64,000 nucleotides of DNA from Epithemia pelagica (taxonomy: Eukaryota; Protista; Bacillariophyta), in NCBI GenBank assembly GCA_946965045.2, contig OX337238.1, forward strand, positions 3,162,001 through 3,226,000, read 5' to 3'. The stretch's first letter is position 1, and every line of letters starts with the position of its first letter. Below are positions 57,248 through 64,000 of the stretch, in pieces. Below the pieces are notes generated by a model that was given only the letters and a program-made list of their open reading frames with translations, made no database searches and had not been told where the DNA came from. The position numbers and the translations under genes are program-made.

Positions 57248-58800
57248 TCACGGTCGGACATTCTTGTTGGTTGCTCGTTTTTCGTGTGTCGAAACGCATC
57301 TCCGCAATTTCCACGTTCGATTTTTTGGATACATGTTCGTCCAAACGCATTGAGAGGGTAACAGTCGATCGTGCGCACGTGCACCGGGAAACAGAGGTGC
57401 TCCAAAGCGTGTTCGTCGACACGGCATCTGAGTCGGGAACGTATCCCTTTCTTGCTCTCGTGGTGGAGGGTCGCCAGTCACATGTACTTCACAATGGACC
57501 AAAGCTTGCTCGTCCCCTCGCTGTGGTGAATGGGTGGCCAGGCACATTATGAACTTGAACTGAAACAACGATACAGGGAACTACCACTTGTTGGATGCTC
57601 CCAACGCAACCAACCTGACGCAAACGTATTGAGAGTACAACATCCTTCCGTTCGTGTTTGAGATTTTGTTGCAGCATCACCCAACAGGAATGGATGGCAC
57701 TCACGGGCGAGAGCGCCATGGTTGCCAATCTGGACGCAGCAAACAAAACAAAAGGCACGCTCAAGTCCTTGTCGACGATCCATGCATCGTTCCGTGTCCA
57801 TTCGACATAAAGAGGGCGCAGTTGGCATGACAGCGACATGGTTCCTATTTTCTCCACCGATAGCAGCACCACTATTCCAAGGTGGCAGGGTCATTCTGGT
57901 GTGTTTCACAATACCCTGGATATTGTCGTTGCGAATGGTCGCTGTTGTTTGTTCTTCTTGTCTGGACTCCATGTACTGCTCAGCGGCACAGCGCTTCTTC
58001 GTGCCAATCCAGTCATTCTTGTGGACCGGATCCGGTTCCTCGAGGTTCATTCATATGGGTAATCGATGTGGAAGCGGGTAGTCTTTGAGGTACTATATAT
58101 GTCGATTCCCATGATTCTCATGAGCCACACGATTCGACGGGTTTTGTACCCACACAGGACACCACTCAGGAGCCGTTCAATGCTTGCTTTATGAGCACTG
58201 ACCTTTCCGTTGTATAGAGTCCTTGGTGTGAGACGTTACTCTTGGACCCGAACCCCCGTTTGGCCAACGACGAGCTCACCCTCTCTGCCGGTCGTAATAG
58301 GTTTGACAAGTGTGCTTTGTCCCCTACTGAGAACAACGAAACTTGTACAAACAGGAGACACGCCGTTCCATGCCGTTCCATGCCGTTCCTCTCGATCCGT
58401 CAAAAACTGCTTGAATTGTCTTCCAACCGTCTCTCATTCTCGTTGCAAAAGATGGATGGAACTCACATCTTATGAAACACAAACTAATCAGGAATCACCA
58501 CAACACAAAAGTGAGAGTCATGAACGACACTCCAAGTTGGACAGAACTGAAAAACACTAGTAGCAGCATACCGTTTTGCGACTGCCTCTCGTTTTCATTG
58601 CACTGTACTGTTGTTCGAGGTGTCATGAGGAATGCCCAAAGAGGAATGATTCGGAAGCGAACGCGCGTTCTCTGTAGGACTTTCTTTGAAGATTGGTGAC
58701 CATAAGAGGGGCGAGAATCCAACCATCCTGCTTGCCAAAAGGACAACAAAAACCCAGAATATTGTGGCCCTCGCTGATTCCAAACGCACTGTGTTTCTCG
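57248..58800. repeat. Near-identical segmental duplication, first copy (partner ~60976-62560)
   Basis: Offset 3746 bp over 57489-58699; track ORFs in both copies are identical (57547/61293, 58210/61956, 58472/62218) apart from one residue at 58242/61988. Confidence 0.93.
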
Positions 58801-59591
58801 GCGCGCTCTCCGCGCACGCCACGATGTGGTCGCTGGTATCATCGGTCGCGATTCTGCCTACTTCCGAATCCTGCACTACTATATCTATCTCTATTCGCCT
58901 CTCTTTTCTTCTACCAAAACTATGTCGACGACTTGCCCCCTTGCCAGTTGCCAGAGAGCTACTATGCTAACAACCACCATCCCCACACGACCACAAACAG
59001 ATTCCAAAGCAACGGGACACAGCATGTGACATTTTGAAAAAGGCGAACGGATCATGCCCCACCACTACAAGACACAAAAAGAAAGACTAGGGAAGTGGGA
59101 AAAAATACTTCCGTTTCCAAGAACCATATGACGAACCAACAATACCACACGGCTTGGGCGAATGCCGACCTCAGTTGGAATCCTGCACAATGCACAACAA
59201 GTAACCGAGATTTCAGCAACAAAGTGAACCCTCTGATTCGTACAGCTCCATGGCATTCTTGGTGTGGTGTCACACAATAAGAAAGCGAGATTGCGCAGTC
59301 TCGTAGGTGAAGACCTAGTAGTAGCTCGACAAGAGGTTTTATCCTCTAGAATAATTATGTACTTGGTTGTTCTCGACTAATAGGGCGCTTTTTCAACAAA
59401 GACCACTTTCGACCCGTGTCTTTCCTTGTAGACACGTATTAGTATTATGTTGTTTGAAGCCCAACCGAATCGGGCTCACACAGACAACAATGATGATTTG
59501 GATGGGCCGGTGATGTTTGCCAGTGCTCGTGTTGCAGTGACAGTCGTGAACTTTGCAAGTTGGTTCTTTTTGTGCTTGTGTACGTCAATAT

Positions 59592-60773
59592 TTATGGAGA
59601 CTGGCGAGGAACAAGTGACTGGATTTGCAATCCGGAGAGATCCAACAAACGTTTGAACACCAGAGAATGTTTGTCTACCAGTCTAACCCGGCTGCAATAA
59701 ACACCATCTTGTCCATTTAGCCTCGAATTACCAAAACGAACAATTCCACTTGCAAGGGCGACCATGCATGGCGAATAAAGCACCAAGGGGTCAGTTCCAG
59801 GGAATTTCCACGAAACCTTTCGTTGCGTGTCAAATACGAATAGATAGCCAGTCAACGCTGGACAGAGCAGCAAACAGGATCCAACTCGTACCACTCCCTG
59901 ACCACAAACCGTCGGATCTTTATGAACCTTCCACGACATGAAAGTCGATGGAAGTTCTACGGATCTCATACCATGGCTTGTTGTATCCAAGCAAGATGGA
60001 TCGAAGTCCAGATATTCCACCGAATAGGCACTCCGCTCGTACCATGAAGTCCCAATGACACAAATGCGGTTCTGAACAATGTCCATCTCAAAGGAACGCT
60101 AAGGATAATTGAGACGAGGTCCTGCAAACGCACAGCGCAAACAGGGAAGGTGTGTGTCTATGATATCCACAGAAGCCGTTGGTGAGGCTTGATGATCCAC
60201 CGTATCACTCCTCCCACCGGCAACAACAATGTATCGATTACATACTGCGACAGACTGCGCGTCCACTCGGCCCTTACTCAAACAACAATGGAACGGTTGC
60301 CATGCCGTAGTTGTCGTGCTGATCCTGTCGATCATTGTCCACGAGTACAACAAATCCTGGATAGTGATTCTTTCAATCGAGCTCAAGATCTTGCCGATGA
60401 AGTTGCAACCACCAAGGGCATAGATACTATCGCCACAAACCACCGCTGTCAAAGATGATCGTGCTTCTATCATAGATGGTCCCTGGCAGCAGTTTCCGTT
60501 TTCAGCATTCCAAAGAAGAACGGAATTGACTGCGTCGTGCGAATCGCCTTTAGAGCCACCCAAGACGACAATCGTTTCTCGTTGAGAATTTTCCGCATGA
60601 CGAACGACCACATAAGAATATCCATATCTATGTTGATTCATCATGGACCGCCCTTCTTCTTGCCATTCTGGCGCCTTCCATTGTGGACGTTCATGGTTGA
60701 TGTTGTTGTCGTCGTCTCTCAAAAACACGAGTCCTGACAATCGTGCTTGCTCCTGCCAATCCGCGTCGTTCAT
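59592..60773 (-). pseudogene. Kelch-repeat protein, copy 4, with a single in-frame TAG at 60101-60099
   Basis: PRLNYP*RSFEMDIVQNR versus PRLNYPYPSFEMAIVQNR in copy 3; the frame is otherwise unbroken from ATG 60773 to stop 59592. Confidence 0.82.
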
Positions 60774-60975
60774 TGTAAACAAGTGTGAAAAGGCACCACC
60801 GTTTTGTTCCTTTCTTTGTGCAACTCCAATGGTTTTATGCGCCCGCCTACGAACCGTCTGGATATCGTTGGGCGTGAGTGTGTGTCTAGTATTGTTTCAG
60901 TACGTCGTGTGGACCGGCGAGATCGTGCGCTACTTCCACTGGGCTGGAAATGACCCACGAAAACGACAATCCAAT

Positions 60976-62625
60976 TCACGGCCGGACATTCTTGTTGGTT
61001 GCTCGTTTTTCGTGTGTCGAAACGCATCTCCGCAATTTCCACGTTCGATCGTTTGGAAGATTTTTTGGATACGTGTTCGTCCAAACGCATGGAGAGGGTA
61101 ACAGCTGTGTCGATCGTGCGCACGTGCACCGGGAAACAGAGGTGCTCCAAAGCGTGTTCGTCGACACGGCATCTGAGTCGGGAACGTATCCCTTTCGTGC
61201 CCTCGCTGGTGGAGGGTCGCCAGTCACATATACTTCACAATGGACCAAAGCTTGCTCGTCCCCTCGCTGTGGTGAATGGGTGGCCAGGCACATTATGAAC
61301 TTGAACTGAAACAACGATACAGGGAACTACCACTTGTTGGATGCTCCCAACGCAACCAACCTGACGCAAACGTATTGAGAGTACAACATCCTTCCGTTCG
61401 TGTTTGAGATTTTGTTGCAGCATCACCCAACAGGAATGGATGGCACTCACGGGCGAGAGCGCCATGGTTGCCAATCTGGACGCAGCAAACAAAACAAAAG
61501 GCACGCTCAAGTCCTTGTCGACGATCCATGCATCGTTCCGTGTCCATTCGACATAAAGAGGGCGCAGTTGGCATGACAGCGACATGGTTCCTATTTTCTC
61601 CACCGATAGCAGCACCACTATTCCAAGGTGGCAGGGTCATTCTGGTGTGTTTCACAATACCCTGGATATTGTCGTTGCGAATGGTCGCTGTTGTTTGTTC
61701 TTCTTGTCTGGACTCCATGTACTGCTCAGCGGCACAGCGCTTCTTCGTGCCAATCCAGTCATTCTTGTGGACCGGATCCGGTTCCTCGAGGTTCATTCAT
61801 ATGGGTAATCGATGTGGAAGCGGGTAGTCTTTGAGGTACTATATATGTCGATTCCCATGATTCTCATGAGCCACACGATTCGACGGGTTTTGTACCCACA
61901 CAGGACACCACTCAGGAGCCGTTCAATGCTTGCTTTATGAGCACTGACCTTTCCGTTGTATAGAGTCCTTGGTGTGAGACGTTACTCTTGGACCCGAACC
62001 CCCGTTTGGCCAACGACGAGCTCACCCTCTCTGCCGGTCGTAATAGGTTTGACAAGTGTGCTTTGTCCCCTACTGAGAACAACGAAACTTGTACAAACAG
62101 GAGACACGCCGTTCCATGCCGTTCCATGCCGTTCCTCTCGATCCGTCAAAAACTGCTTGAATTGTCTTCCAACCGTCTCTCATTCTCGTTGCAAAAGATG
62201 GATGGAACTCACATCGTATGAAACACAAACTAATCAGGAATCACCACAACACAAAAGTGAGAGTCATGAACGACACTCCAAGTTGGACAGAACTGAAAAA
62301 CACTAGTAGCAGCATACCGTTTTGCGACTGCCTCTCGTTTTCATTGCACTGTACTGTTGTTCGAGGTGTCATGAGGAATGCCCAAAGAGGAATGATTCGG
62401 AAGCGAACGCGCGTTCTCTGTAGGACTTTCTTTGAAGATTGGTGACCATAAGAGGGGCGAGAATCCAACCATCCTGCTTGCCAAAAGGACAACAAAAACC
62501 CAGAATATTGTGGCCCTCGCTGATTCCAAACGCACTGTGTTTCTCGGCGTGCTCTCCGCGCACGCCACTATGTGCTCGCTGGTATCATCGGTCGCGCTTC
62601 TTTCTACTTCCGAATCCTGCACTAC
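60976..62625. repeat. Near-identical segmental duplication, second copy, truncated at ~62625
   Basis: Matches 57248-58880 until ctgcactact, then unrelated sequence begins. Confidence 0.9.
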
Positions 62626-63213
62626 TTTATTTATATCTAACCTTATCCAATACGAGCGGTTCTCGTAACACTTCGCGCGCACGTCTCTCCAAGACCACGA
62701 CCAGATACTTTCAGAGACTCGTGACGTCACTATGAAGCAAACTGTGAGAAGCCTAATTTGTTAAATATAAGCTCGTCACATGATCGACCATGGCCTTTTC
62801 CGACCGTCTTGCTATTGAATGCCAATTTTGGCCCCAAAACGGATGCTCTACTGCTGTTGTAAGCCTAAGAAACCTTTCTACATAGAGCATAGAAGTCGTG
62901 TCAACCGTTACAACAGAAGCAGATGCCAAGAAATCGGATGTAAACGACCCAATATTGTCGAGACTCCACTGTTCGCCAAAATATGAGCAAATTTTCATTT
63001 TCCACAACTCGTCCACCTCGCCAGGAACATTCAAACTCTACAGATGTGAATAGAGCATAAACCTTGGTCGCATTTCAATCATCCGTTCCAAAGTGTTTTT
63101 TTATATTCACAACGTCTCTTTTCTTGGTAATTGATGTCAATGGATGAGGTGCTATTTGTCTCGTAAACACTCTCCATTACAAACCAGGTCGAGAGTTGAA
63201 CACCCAAGAGACA

Positions 63214-64000
63214 ATGGCTGGTACGAGACAGCGTAAGAAGACGGAGAAAGACTCTCAAGCCGCTCCAAAGAATCGAAAAGGACAACGTGGTACGAAGACG
63301 CCACCGCTCGTAAACTCCCCCTCTCCGAACAAGAAGAAACAGAAGGTACACCGTGCGAGAAGATGCAACATGAAGCAACCGTCCCCAAATCTCCAAACCC
63401 GTAGTAAACGCAAGGAGTCAGGTGTCACCTGTGCAAACAACACAGTTGAATCGGATCGCTTAGCCAAAGTGATTGCGGACTTTAAAGACAGCAAGAAGAA
63501 GCCTTGTTCAGTCTTTGGTCTTGATAGGAGACAGCGATACCGAGATTACTTCTTCTGTTTTGAATGTCACGAGGCCGATACCCGCGAGCAACTCTATCCT
63601 AATCTCGTCACCAACAGAAAAGCAGAACGTGGGGCGTACACTTGTACTGCCAACCATAAGAACATGATCCATCCAACTGATAAGGTCAAGGTGATTGTCA
63701 AAAGGAAAAATCTTCGAGCAACCACCAAAACAATCAAGGAGAATATAGTTGCCAAACTCGAAGATCGATCTTCCAAGAAACATGATGACGACACAAAGTC
63801 CCCCCCAGCCCAGTCTTCAAATGGCGACGACCCTGGGGAATCCTCCAAACCAATGTCCCCAAGGGCACGAAAGTGCCTCAAAAAATACTTACACAAGACG
63901 AGCAAGTCCAAAACCATTGGCTTCACGAGCACCATCCAAGACAAAACCAAGGACCCACCCAAGGAATCGACCTCTGTCAATGAGATTACCACCATGCAGG
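63214..64000 (+). CDS. Basic, Cys/His-containing ORF running off the window; possibly transposon-encoded
   Basis: My translation: ATG 63214 is open for 262 codons to the window end (absent from the track because there is no stop). MAGTRQRKK...KPCSVF...YFFCFECHE...YTCTANHKN. Confidence 0.6.
   Translation, partial: MAGTRQRKKTEKDSQAAPKNRKGQRGTKTPPLVNSPSPNKKKQKVHRARRCNMKQPSPNLQTRSKRKESGVTCANNTVESDRLAKVIADFKDSKKKPCSVFGLDRRQRYRDYFFCFECHEADTREQLYPNLVTNRKAERGAYTCTANHKNMIHPTDKVKVIVKRKNLRATTKTIKENIVAKLEDRSSKKHDDDTKSPPAQSSNGDDPGESSKPMSPRARKCLKKYLHKTSKSKTIGFTSTIQDKTKDPPKESTSVNEITTMQ

Noticed and set aside
56994-57422. Long N-terminal ORF extensions on kelch 3 (also kelch 2, beta3, DUF6824, SnoaL)
   Set aside because: They mostly start at non-ATG codons or are not conserved between paralogs; the paralogs agree on the downstream ATG.
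62753-63034. Protein-like minus-strand ORF
   Set aside because: Starts at TTG directly after a stop and needs several frameshifts to extend; left uncalled.

Overview
Eukaryotic nuclear DNA from a diatom (a complete silicon transporter is present); a raphid pennate is likely but inferred. Ordinary genes: sulfotransferase, SIT, SmD3-like protein, NOP10, SnoaL-like protein, spermidine synthase, DUF6824 protein and CDC14. Three rearranged accessory zones are interleaved with them. (1) 6.5-13 kb: an inverted NOP10 duplication brackets a secreted SdrD-B/Cna-B-like protein, followed by a hairpin-bearing satellite. (2) 15.6-28.6 kb: a repeated [EF-hand membrane protein > secreted beta-helix protein > peroxiredoxin] cassette with pseudogenes and a chimera. 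It also holds a circularly permuted, inverted peroxiredoxin copy that gained a new in-frame ATG and lacks the plastid-targeting presequence; this is the strongest novel signal. (3) 47.5-62.6 kb: four tandem kelch genes with hypervariable loops, near-identical spacers, a LINE 3' fragment and a probable transposon ORF running off the end. All calls come from motif recognition and alignment by eye; no searches were run.
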